A stretch of 63,707 bases of DNA, counting the filler, from Choristocarpus tenellus KU-1152 (taxonomy: Eukaryota; Protista; Phaeophyceae), in NCBI GenBank assembly GCA_964200185.2. It is 9 parts of 9 records of this genome, joined end to end, with 100 filler letters (N's around TTAATTAATTAA, not from the genome) between each part and the next. Parts side by side here need not be neighbours in the genome. Positions count along the whole stretch, not along the records: positions 34,387 to 43,143 come from CAXNAD020004362.1; positions 43,244 to 46,775 come from CAXNAD020019412.1; positions 46,876 to 57,695 come from CAXNAD020002692.1; 6 more parts are not named here. One strand, 5' to 3'. The notes under the pieces are model-generated. The model saw nothing but the letters and a program-made list of their open reading frames with translations, had not been told where the DNA came from and did no database searches. Of this stretch, positions 37,469-49,549 are shown in pieces. Every line of letters starts with the position of its first letter. The first letter of the stretch is position 1. The position numbers and the translations under genes are program-made.

Positions 37469-40400
37469 CCCGGTACATCTCTGAGAAGAGTCACCTCCCA
37501 CCCTTTGAAGACACTCCTAAGGCCTCCAGTAGAGTGCAGCTGGCGTGCACAGTCTACCATCCCCTCATACTTCGCCTTGCCTCCCCTTGCCACCTATTTT
37601 TATGTTCCCTCCCCCCCCCAAAAAGGAATGAATATAATCGAGGTTGATATCATTGCAGGTTACAAGAACATATTCCCGAGGGTAAAAGGGGGTTGAGGGG
37701 AGTGATGAAAGTATTTTTTTATTGTTCTTTTTCGATACTCTAGAGTGTAGTTGATGTTTTAGAGATGTTTTCAAAGGCAGGGTCAGACCTTCATAGGTTA
37801 CACCGTTATAAAGGGTTAGGGAATTGATTGCGGGTAGGGTTAGGGTTACAATGAAATGCTGGGTGGATCGGCATGTTTGGTTAGGGTTAGGGTTAGGGTT
37901 AGGGTTAGGGTTCACCGCCGTGAACCAAATCAAAGAGTTCAAAAAGAATCAAACGTATCAAACATATCAGATATATCAAACATATTAAACATCTGTGTAT
38001 GTGTGTGTAGATCTAACCTGGGGGGTGGAGAGGGGTTAGACGTGAGGCTAATCAAATAGCTGTGAAAGCTTGTAGTGGGTTAGGGTTAGGGTTAGGACTG
38101 GGGACAGGAACTTAAAAATGTTATGCGGTAGGACTATTACTGTGGCTAGGGTTAGGGTTAGGGCTATTGGTTTTGGCTATAGTAGTAAAGTCGTAATCAA
38201 GGCTAGGGTTAGGGATAGGGCAATGATTGCACAACAATACGAAGTGCGTGCCTGCATGGACAACGACAACGATCACTTTGTTCTCTCTGTATATATTTTT
38301 TTAATTGTTCTTTTTTTTATTTTGTAGGAAAAAAAAAAAAAAAAACCCATTGATGAAACAAATGCCCTTCATCAGAGGAAAACTAAAAAAAATATAACCC
38401 CCCCGACATTCATCAGAAAAAACCACCCTAACCCTAACCTATAAAAATAAAAACTGATCGAAAAATAAACCTAAGAAAAACAAAAATAAACAAACACTTG
38501 AACAACTCTCTTTCTTTCCCCCTCCCCACCACTCCGTACACGCATGTTATTAAAAAAATGTCATAGTGGTACTATCGCTCCCCCCCCCCCAAAAAATAAA
38601 TAAATACTACAGTCGAGGATCGAAATCCAATATTAAAAAAAAAAAAAAATAATTTAAGTTTATTCATTTTTACGTCTGACTAAAGAAAAAAAAAACTGTT
38701 GATGATATGTAGGTGGAATAGCCCATTAACATCTTGGAGTAAAATATAAAAATGCACAACATTGTACAGATTCAACAACTTGAGATACACATATACATAT
38801 ATTTAATTTTTTTTGTACAAACCAGAACAATTAAATTTAACAACGTGGATTTTTTTTCGGAATAAAATTAGTCGGGCAGTCCACTTGAAAAAAAAATATA
38901 TATATATATATATATTGTTTTATGTATTTAAAAAAAAAAAAAATTGATAGAAAATATTCGGGAGCGTTCTATATCTTGTATCGGGTCAAAAAAATAAATA
39001 ATTTGATGTTTTTCTCAATTATCATCAAATCGTGCGCAAAAGCGTGCAACAATAAAAAAAAATCAAGAGGATTGAAACAAACAACAGTGTACTCTATAGA
39101 AAAGGGATTAAATATATATATATATATATATACATGTCTCTACATTGGAGAGGAAAAGAAATGCAACACAGGTGTTTGTACTTGACCATCATGGAAGTGA
39201 GGTCTTTTTGATCAAACTAGTAACACTTCTGACCAATTGAATAAAACCAAACTAATGTGAGGATGACCCAAGTGTTATTGATTCATTCCACAAACTATTC
39301 ATGCATCACTCTCAAATGCTGATCCCACAACCTTGCGTTACTGTTTAATATTAGTATTGATATTTAGAAACTAATATTTAGAATACTAATATTTAGATGC
39401 AAGTGTTCCAATGAGGGAGGAAAGTTGTCCAACCTCGTGTTCCGCCAGAAACAGTAGTAGCATCACCTCAATATTTGGCAACCTCTACCCCTCTTCCCAC
39501 CGCCCCATGAAAATACAGAGACAGTATCAGGGTCAAGGTAGGACCACGACCCCCACCCACCACTCCATTCTATCTGAAGTAAAACATGCACCACTCTTAC
39601 CTAGCGTAGCCGGGACTGATTCGCTCCAATGTAACTTGACTTACGCCCATTCTTTAAAGGGTTAGGGTTAGGGTTAAAGGGTGTTTTCTCACACTTGGTA
39701 AAAAAAAAAGGTATGTATAGTCATTAATTTTAAAAACAAAATAAAATCAAGTCCTCATCACCTCAAAGAAATTTTTTTTTTTCATTTTTATTCCCCAAAT
39801 CTAAAAAAAAAAGAAGTACTTGTCCACCTACTCCTGAATCTAAACTTTGAATTTCTGAGCAACAGGTAGATCTCACTTACAGGCCATCCCAAGGGTTGGT
39901 ATTATTTCCTGACTGGCACTTTAACCTCAACACAGTGTGGGGGATGCCACAGGTGAATCTACCAGATGCTACTTCTGTTGTGATCAATCAAATATGGCAG
40001 TAGAAAAAGTGATGTGAAAAAGTCAACTTCAGCATACAAAACTTGAGCTTACCACCTCCCCCTGTATCTGAAGGAGGCATTTGACCCTCTCCACTGGGGC
40101 GGTGATCACAGTTGTGGGCAATGCACAGAAGGCACCGGCAGCAACCTTGTCAGACAGGCTCACAGGTGCTTCAAATCCCAGTCCCCTCAAAGACCTTTCA
40201 AATAAAATAAAAATTAAATGTTTTTTTATTATTACATGAATGGGTACATTCGTGTTGCTTTTTTTTTTTCAATAACCTGCAGAAAAGCAAGACCAACAAA
40301 GGTACAGGTAAGGAAAATAATAACAAAAGAGATACAGATAAGAAAGAGAGGTACAAACGAGGTACAGGTAAGGAAAGATGTGCAAAAGAGGTACAGACAA

Positions 40401-41395
40401 GAAAGAGAGGTACAAAAGAGGTACAGATACAAAAAGAGGTGCAAAAGAGGTACAGATGAGAACAGATGTACAAAAGAGGTACAGATACGAACATTTTGGA
40501 AGCAGTGTGCAGCACCACCCTTTCCCCCTTCTGTCTATTCTTGATCTTCACAGCATATCATGCCTTCTCCCCTTTCCCAGAGCAATACAGCCATTTTTTT
40601 TCCTTTTTCCCCTATTTTCTTTTAATTTCTTAACCAATCGGCAGCAGCAGCAAAGTGTACACGCATTCAACGAGTATTGATTTCCCAACTCTAAGACCAT
40701 TGAAATAAAAGTTCTGACGACATTGATACAATAGCAACCCCTCCCATAAACGCCTTCTGACAAACATGAAAGCCTGACCGTTACTCAACCTAACAAAAAA
40801 AATTGATGATAAAATCACTCAGTTTCAATACTGCTAGTAGTTTCATTATCAACAATCTAAAAGGTTAAATAACACTCTGAAATGGTTTCATTATCAACAA
40901 TCTAAAAGGTTAAATAACACTCTGAAATGGTTTCATTATCAACAATCTAAAAGGTTAAATAACTCTCTGAAATGGTTTCATTATCAACAATCTAAAAGGT
41001 TAAATAACACTCTGAAATGGTTTCATTATCAACAATCTAAAAAGGTTAAATAACACTCTGAAATGGTTTCATTATCAACAGCAACAAAAAAAAAGAGTTT
41101 GAATTTTCAAAACCACAGAACAGAACAGAACCTATTGAAACAGATCGAGCACCACCACTGTTGAAAAAAAGAAACAATGCCAAAAAAAAAAGTCATCCCT
41201 ACACAAACACTCCCAATACATACAAACACCACATCCACATGGAGGCAAAACACACACACAGACAGACAGACACACACACACACACACACTCACCTGCATA
41301 TCTTGAGTCCTAGGTCGTATCCCCAGAAGCACGTGGCAAATATGGGGGTGATGCCCACAAGAGGAGCAGATACGCCCCTGTACAACCCCAACATC
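37469..41395 (-). CDS. Mitochondrial carrier, carnitine/acylcarnitine translocase (SLC25A20/CACT)-like; internal exons ~41395-41294, 40194-40053, 37593-37469
   Basis: Spliced translation [27 protein letters not shown] / [27 protein letters not shown] / [35 protein letters not shown]; carrier signature P.ER.K..LQ; phases compatible. Terminal exons not located. Confidence 0.9.
37834..38440. repeat. Cluster of interstitial telomeric (TTAGGG)n tracts in a carrier intron; further tracts at ~540-556, 35807-35820, 39659-39681, 42450-42467
   Basis: (TTAGGG)5 at ~37881-37912, shorter arrays at 38077-38220, and CCCTAACCCTAA at ~38426. Confidence 0.9.
40296..40490. repeat. Degenerate minisatellite with AAAGAGGTACAG core (18-38 bp spacing)
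   Basis: Recurrent ACAAAAGAGGTACAGA / GAGGTACAGGTAAGGAAA units. Confidence 0.8.
40840..41080. repeat. 45-bp tandem repeat, 5 full copies plus a partial
   Basis: Unit GTTTCATTATCAACAATCTAAAAGGTTAAATAACACTCTGAAATG, near-perfect copies with no spacers. Confidence 0.95.
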
Positions 41396-43243
41396 TTTTT
41401 TTTTTTTAATCAATTATTATTGTAGTTCAAAAAAGAAATAAGATGGAATTAGCGTTTTGAATCAAGGGCATGCAAAGTCAAGAGTTTTGTTTTTGTTTTT
41501 GTCCACATCTGCTTGATTGATTGGACGAACAATTCCCGTGCGTTTTGAGGTTGGCGAGACGCAATGCCACATCCAGTAATGCAATGCAAAGCAAAGGAAG
41601 GGGGCTTTAAAGCGAATCACGAATCGCGCAGCTCGCAGACGCACGATAAAATAATCGCACGAAATCGAGAGGGTTCGACTGCGGATAACGGTGACTTCGG
41701 TGATCAAAAAGGGTTCGGTGATCCTTCCTTTGACTGTAACAAAGGGAATCAACGCACTTCGCAAAGATCACAAAGATACTTGATTGAATCGATTGAGATT
41801 ATTAAACATTTCATGTATATATATATATATATATACTAAAATAGTGTTAATCTTCTACACAGTGCAAAGAATTTAACTATTTAATTATGATCTTAACAGG
41901 ACAGCCGCATAGTAGTGGTAGTAGTAGTAGTAGTGGTGGTAATAGATTGCATGATCTGAACAGTACATCTTGAGTCAGTAGGATCCCCCTTGCCTCCTAA
42001 TATATATAAATATATACATGTATAATTTCTTAATGGTTCTACGATATTTTTTAATTCAAAAATCAGACAAGAGGTAAAAAAAATAGGTAAGCGGTGAAAA
42101 AAAAATGCCTTCGTTCAAGGAACAACAGAGGAGGACAAACCCCCACTAATGCACAATTTTTTTCATATTTAAAAAATGTGACTGGAAGATGGACAAGAGG
42201 TAAATAAAGCACTTAAATATAATAATAATAAAATTATTATTATTATTATTTCTTACACAGAAAATAATTTGTAACACATTGTGTATTGTCCTACTAATTT
42301 CCTCAGCTTTTTTTTTTATACTAGAGCTCCAAAAATATATATTTTTAATGCACAAAAATAAAAAAAAAAAAATGTGCTTCGCACCTCTGTTGTAACTGCC
42401 AGAAAGGATATCCATGCCAAGAGCATTTTGCAAGTCAGCTACAAGGGTAGCCCTAACCCTAACCCTAAGTAGAGTCTGTATACATAGCAGATTGACAGAG
42501 GAAATCAAGGGCTATTTTCAAAGTGAATATTAATAATAATATTATTATTGTTGTATAAAATTATATTACTATTTCCAAGCGATGTATCGAACCAAGTATG
42601 GATGCTTTCTTCCTATTGGTTGTCAACAACGCCTTCCAAATCACTGTCATAAAAATAAATAAATTAAGTCAAAAGACTAGACAGAGAGCGACACCAATCA
42701 CATTCGCCCGGCAAACTCCAAAAGCGGTCACTCTGGGAGGCCCAGGAATCCCTCCCCAAGCCTCCAAAGTCCACACCCCTTCAGCAGCAGGCACTTGAAT
42801 ACATTCCACCAAAGATTCCTTTCCAAAAAAAAAAAAATGCATCGACTTCGTTTGGTTTTATTCAAAACGTATTGGCTTTCACTCACTGCCAGGCGAGCAC
42901 TCTACAGTACCAATCATTCAAAAAGACTATAAAGTCTTGTACTAAGTTTTTTTTTAAGCTTCTACTAATTCACGGCAGTCCTTTGCAACCTCCCCCCAAA
43001 AATAAATAAATAAATAATAATAAAATAATATATACATATACTGCAAAAAAAAACTTGTTGATTTGCTAGGCACTACCATTTACTGTCCCAGAAAACGCCT
43101 GGCCAGAGGCAAAATTACCCCCACCCCCCCCCCCCCCCCCCCCNNNNNNNNNNNNNNNNNNNNNNNNNNNNNNNNNNNNNNNNNNNNTTAATTAATTAAN
43201 NNNNNNNNNNNNNNNNNNNNNNNNNNNNNNNNNNNNNNNNNNN

Positions 43244-43330
43244 GTATGCAATCAAATAACCCAAAAATCGCGACATAAAAAAAATTGACCCCAAATGGAC
43301 AGCCCCCACCCCCTCCCAGATACTTTGAGC
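43244..43330. mobile_element. MITE A1 half copy at contig start
   Basis: CCCAAAAATCGCGACAT ... CCCAGATACTTTGAGCC. Confidence 0.85.
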
Positions 43331-43806
43331 CGAAGCAAGCCTAGGAAGGTTACATAGGAAAGGGGTGAGAAGGGAAGTGAATGAGTGGGACTTGGAAGGT
43401 CCACTCAACATCCTGACGTTGACGTCATTACAAAGGAATTCTGATGTCGTAAGAGGTATCAGACTCTGAGATGTACTCTACAAAGGAAGGGCACTTCAAA
43501 GGTATACCTTGGCATGAAAGCGGCTATCACATCACACACACTCTATCTATGTGGTCGGATGTGCATGCTTGTCAGGATAACACAGGTATCATCAATGGCA
43601 AATGAAGTGTGTGTGTGTGTGTGTTGTGTGTCCAGAAGATACTTGACATCAGGATTGACAGAAAGAGAAATGCAACACTCTTATTCAGAGTAAAGCTAGT
43701 CTCTCAACAGGGGAGTGCTGCTAGGCTCGACGGATACGCACACCAAAAAAATATCAATGTTCATCGGCCTTCCTTGACCAAGACAAGACATAACGAGAAA
43801 TACCAT

Positions 43807-46775
43807 TTTATTATTATGCCCTCTGACATTTTGCAGATGTGTCGGGGGAAAAACCGATGAAAGCCATTTCAGTATTATAAGAACCCCTGTAAGAGTAGCA
43901 GCTATGGTAAATGTAAAAAATATTTCCAATCTGTTTACTATTTGACTACCAGCTGTGCTACACCACTCCCCTCCTATGCCTCCAATCTAGTTGACCCCTA
44001 CACCACAGGGCGAGGAACTAGGGAAGGATCCCAAGAACCTGACAAGTCCCTCCTTGCCCATCTCCCTGGTGTCTCCAGCTTTAGATGCATCATGACACAT
44101 CTTGTTAGAGCCACTTGCGTTGAGACAGGCGCTATCTATAGTAAACAGGATTTGACAGTTCCTTTCCTGCTGTATTCTCCAGCTTCTCTCCTCCCTACCG
44201 CTTGTGTAGCCAAATCACCCAGAAAACTTTCTGCTTGCTTACTGAGGTGCCCAAAACTTTTCACCACGAAGGTGTTGAGTTTAAACTACGAGGATCAAAA
44301 GAGCCGTCGTAGTGGGCGCGGTTTCGTGCCTCAGCTGCAGCAGCAGCTATACCATTGCTGGTGGATGAATATGGCAGATCGGAGGCTGCTTGAACGTCTA
44401 CAAATGTAACAACCAGGAGAAGTCCTTTATCCTGGTAGGGAGTTTATCCAGTGTCTGCAAGTGCCCCAGCATGGAAGACCAGATCCGCGTGGAAATTCCT
44501 GTCAACTGTGACTGCGCCACCATCTTTCATCGTACAAGGGATGCCCGTTCCTTTGCGGAGTTGACCTAGACGCTTCACCATTGGTGTATGTTGGCGGACC
44601 TGTCCCCCTGCCCTAGGGTAGGTATGAGCATGTCTAGTATCCAAAATTTTCCTCCTGCACCCAGCCACTGGGCACTTGTTAGATAGGGCCTCGTCCCTCC
44701 CTAGGGATCTGCTGGCGGTGAGTCTAAACTCTATGGGAGGGATCTGGCGTGCTGGTTCCAGGGGTTGTGTGGAGGCCCATGAATTTACCCCTTGTCCACA
44801 CTGGCTCCGGTGCCGGGCCAGGACTAGCAATGAACTTTCCCTCCCTTATTTTGCATCGTCTGGTAGGTTAGCCAATTGCGGCCGGAAAGAGTCTGACTTG
44901 ATCCTGTTCAGGAGGTGGGTAATCTCATGTTGTGCCCTCCTTATGATCCTGGTATCATGTGCTGCCAGAGTGTGGACCTCTGGGGCAGGTGTGGGGGTTG
45001 TTCCCCCCCGGGCTATCCAACCTTCAATAATAAATTCCTGCCAAGTCTTCCGAAGGGACTCCTGTCGAGAGGAGGGTGTGGATGGATGATCCTAGGGCTC
45101 GACCTGTGGGGCTCATATAGATGGCTTGTGAGAAAGGCTCTCCATGAGGCCCTTGTTGCCTTCCTTGCTAAAAGGGTGGGGAGAGTAGCCACCAATGTTC
45201 CTACAAAGGCTGCATGCGGGTGATGCTTCATAGAGGATAGGCCCAACCGCCTCGAACTTGTGGGCATCTGTGCCAGTACTTGTTGGTATATCTCCAGGCA
45301 AAGAGATCCATTTTCACACACCCCTTCAAAGAAGTCTGGCTCCTGTTGAGTCTGCTACCTCCATTATCTTCTCCAGCGTCCACAGTGAGGTGTTGTCTGC
45401 TTATTCCATGATGGAGTGTGCTAGGTGAGGGAGAGTGACCCTTACCAAATAACCTAAGCAGGAAGAGAGGGGCCAGGAGTTGAGGAGTCAGGCAACTTGT
45501 TTGTTCCTCCATCTCACTCAGGTGCATGGCCAGCATTTGTAATCCACAGCTCTCGATAACCTCAGCCATCTGGGCTTGTATGAATCCATCTGTTCCCACT
45601 GGAGCTCCTAGTGTAACAAAACCATTTGGGTCTGGGGCCAGGTCGATTCCCGCTGTGGCCACAAGTTCTAGTTCTCAGGGCGTGGGCTGGTGGCCCTGGG
45701 GAGGTGCAGCAAAGGTTTTGTCCATGTTGAGGGCAATGCCTACCTCGTGTAGATCAGTTTTCAGCTGCTCAAAAGCAGCAATTATGGTGTAGTTAATCTC
45801 CCTTACAAAAATGGATGTGTCGTCCAGATAGCTTCGGGAGGAGGCCCCCTGGTAGACTGGACCTGCTGTAGAGCTCTGGTCGTTGCCATGCAATATATAA
45901 GGGGATTAAGGGGGTTCCCTTGTTGTGCCCCTGACCTTGATGGCATTATCTTCATCCCTCCCTCATCCAGAGGGAAAAGAAGATCACGGGTGTTCCTATG
46001 CTCCTTGGATATGTAGGGTAGGAGTCCCGTTAGAGTCCCAGGGAGAGCCTCGATGAAGGGGCGTATGCTGTTGAAGGTGTTTCTTCCATCTAGAGTAGTA
46101 GCCCATTCGCCACACTCATTCCCTAGGCGAATATACAGTAGGGCACACTCCACCCCATTTGGGACCCATACACCAAATTGCCCCATTCTGCCAAAATGTT
46201 CCTCCAGGTAGGGGCACCAGTCTGCACTGAAGTACATACCCTTCTGAAGAAAGAGTCACAGGCAACCAGGCGGAACGTTTCTCTGATTTTGGACAGTCTG
46301 GAGACTGTGTGGAGCGTCCAAAACTGCGGAGGGAAAAGATTCCAGGGAGGTGAAGGCTAGCTCCCTAAGCTTCGCAAACGCCTCCAGAGTGAAAGTATCT
46401 TAGAGGGTACGAGTTTTGCCCTCTTTTGTCCATTCGGGGCTTGGCTTCCCATTGGTTCTTTTGTGACATTTTCCTACTCCAAAATGTTTAGGGGTAGGTA
46501 AAGTGTGTATGTTATGAAAAGGTGTGTCCGGAACATTGATATTAACACTTCCTAACAAACACGATAGCCAAAATTACATCAATATCGCAACATTGTATTT
46601 TGGGCCCCAAATGAACGCGGCTCTACCCTCTAAGATACTTTGGGTCTCCATCACTTCTTTATGACCAACATTTGTGGCGATGGCTGGCTGGTCGGATATG
46701 GCTGGGGTGCATCCCATCGGGGCCTGGACCGGAGCTGCATTTCGCCCTCATGAAGGCCGTCTACGGGGAGGTGGG
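43807..46775 (-). mobile_element. CRE-like non-LTR retrotransposon (RT + Zn knuckle + restriction-like endonuclease), pseudogenised, 5' end beyond the contig
   Basis: Motifs in order: SSGPGPDG, RLVACDSFFRR, GQFGV..GVE, LDGRNTFNS, GAQQGNPLNP, SYLDD, TLGAPVG, C..GC..HAH..RQH knuckle, ADLV, AEAR, KSFGHLSKQAESFL, then 3' UTR and GGGCATAATAATAAAA tail. Confidence 0.9.
46387..46646. mobile_element. MITE family B inserted in the CRE RT region
   Basis: GAGTGAAAGTATCTTAGAGGGTA ... TACCCTCTAAGATACTTTGGGTC; 4-bp duplication TCCA/TCCA; removing it rejoins the RT reading frame. Confidence 0.92.
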
Positions 46776-46875
46776 NNNNNNNNNNNNNNNNNNNNNNNNN
46801 NNNNNNNNNNNNNNNNNNNTTAATTAATTAANNNNNNNNNNNNNNNNNNNNNNNNNNNNNNNNNNNNNNNNNNNN

Positions 46876-46968
46876 TTTGGAATTTAAAATGTCAGCAAAA
46901 AAAAGGGTTGTTTGTCCGAAACGGACGCCCCCTCACAAACCACCCCCCCCCCTAAGATACTTTGACCG
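46876..46968. mobile_element. MITE A2 half copy at contig start
   Basis: AAATGTCAGCAAAAAAA..CCGAAACGGACG..AGATACTTTGACC matches 17240-17322. Confidence 0.85.
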
Positions 46969-49549
46969 TGCGGTGTCGTATGAGTAGTAACCAACTAAAA
47001 GGTTATCGCTGCCGTATTGCAAAGTACTCATTATTAGTTTTACCATGCATGGTTTATTATTATGCACGGTGATAATTTGCAGGAGATATATTATATTGTC
47101 ATGATGGAGGGAATAAGAAGAAAATTAGTTGATACGGCAAAGATTATATCAACAAACACGACAACAACCGCAACAGCAACAGAGCCTGTCTGTATTGCTT
47201 ACAGTAGCAACATCCTGAACAAATATTTCATCAAGAGTTTGTGTAGTTAGTGTGTACTTGAAAAAAAGACAATAAGAAACATACTATCATATTAATTGAG
47301 TTTTTTTTTGTGCAAATAGGTTGCTGAAACTGCTCCCAAACTGGTGATATGATAGCAGTCTAGAATCAAGGGAAGAATTCCATTAATTCTGTGAAGCCTT
47401 TTGCCTTGCCCACCGACCTGGTGTTTCCAGGTTGACGTGCGTAACATACCTAAATATTGGGAATTGCTCCTTGACAAATACAATGTGCTGCAGGTGTGCC
47501 TCCACAGCTCCCTTCTTCCTAAGCCCCCCAGCCCCCCCCTACTAACCACTGGTACATGATGATGAGTCCCCAACTCATCCAGGGATTGCTTTGCCAGTGA
47601 ACTAAAACAAGGAATCAACTCCATCCACAACAGGAATCTATGTACTATTACCGATAATGTTTTTTTTCTAAAAACAACCAAGAAATCTATAATTAAGATA
47701 CTCATACAACAACGGAAACTACTCGTAAGCTGGACCTATGAAGTTGGTCTAGAAAAAGGGGAAGAGTCTCATGAGAAGTTCAAGTTCCCCCTTACCCACT
47801 TGTCTGGTGCTTCTAGCTTGAAATGCATTTGAAGTCGCTACCTGTGCTGCGACGGAGACAATCCGTCGCAAGTACGTATTCTAGATGTACCAACAAACTC
47901 TATTTGCGTCAAGGAATAATAAAAGTTTTCTTCCTATTGTTTTGCTTCTTCGGCAACCAAAGTATGTATGTGTATATATATTTCTCCTCTTTAATTTTTT
48001 GCCCGCTAATGTTTTCCAGACGATATTGGTGATGGGGGGACAAGAAACAGTCACATGCAATTCAGAGAATACAACAACGCAAACAACACCAGGGTGTGTA
48101 TTGCTTACAATGAAGGCCTCCCAACACGCCAAACAAAGTTTGGTGTAGCATACATGAAAAAAAAAAACTTCCATACCAGGAAGCCATAATACACAACTGG
48201 TAGTTGCATTATATTCAAAGACAACGGAGAATTTAATTATAGTACATATGATGACACATAAGGATATCCTCTATCGTTAGTCTCCTAAGGACTCCCCAAC
48301 ATATTGGCTCTTGAAAATCGTTGGGAATCTACACTGTGGACAATATTGCTTCTCCCAACTCTGCAGATGTCTTGCCCTCATCAGTCATATAGTCCTGGTT
48401 CTCAGGTTTGTTTATCAAAATATAGAAAAGTTGGGAATAGTAAGTTTATCAAATGGTACAAGTACTTCCTCTAGCACAAACTTGATCAAATAGATCTGAT
48501 CTATCCTACATATTTGTCACTTTCTTCACTTATCTAGGTTGGAATGAACAGAAGTCAACTCTCCGTCTCAGATCCTTTTTTTTTGTGACTTACCACAGCC
48601 TCAAGGTGTTCTCATTTCATTTCGATACAAAACACAACTGATAACTCTCAATCAAATGTATCCGTACAATGAATAATGTACTAATAGTACATTCTGCAAC
48701 TGCAGTCAACAAAAACCTTGTATCGGACTATGATCCACGTGACACTAAAGACTTGATCAGCATTTGACTCGACTCCAATAACAATTAAAGCTACTCATCC
48801 TTCAAAAATATGTCCCCTCTGATGGGAGACTGCATGCATTAGACGTCAACGTTTTGGGATGTCATGATGATCTGATCCTGCTTGGACAGCTAAGAGTGGT
48901 TACTGTGAAAAACGATTTGATAGTACAGTCTTTTTAGAATTGTAAAAGCAGACATACGTTCAATGCATATGTGCACTGTACTGGATTATAAGTTTGCATT
49001 GCCTTGAGGGAGGTCAATGACATGAGATTCAAGTAATTTAGTTGTGGCGCTTTACTCCCCTGCCCAAGATCCCACTTATACAACCACGCCCATATATAGT
49101 TTTCCCCTGGTTCTTCAATTAACACCTGTTATTCGTAAAATCCTACTTTCTTGGTCCAACTCTATTGTACAGTACGCAACTTAAGTCAAATGTCTACATT
49201 CAGAGTTGAATTAGTGAAGGATGAAAACCGCAAAGGGATCAAGGCCTCTTTACCTGCAGAGGATGACATATTGCTACTACTGAGGGCTAAAATCGCTGAG
49301 CAAAAGGAAAAATTAAATAGGAATTACAGAAGAGCATTTTTATTAAAGTTCAACAGCTGGTAATATTAACCATACATGGAGTACCTCTGAAAAAAAACGA
49401 TGACAGTGTGTCAAAAAGCGTGGAGCAGTTCTAACAATTTTGGTAAAACATGCAGTATACCCTTCAGTGTGCATTTATCTGACCTTAGATTTGGTGTTGT
49501 ACTCATAAATGGGAAGTAGGATCCTGTCAATTCTTGACCTTGTTTGTGC

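Noticed and set aside
37834-38440. TTAGGG tracts as a true chromosome end
   Set aside because: The tracts are short, internal, in both orientations and lie between exons of one gene.
40198-40680. Repetitive Lys/Arg- or Cys/Leu-rich ORFs
   Set aside because: They are translations of an intronic minisatellite within the carrier gene.
40840-41080. 45-bp repeats as a CRISPR array
   Set aside because: Units are directly adjacent with no unique spacers, there are no cas genes, and the context is a eukaryotic intron.
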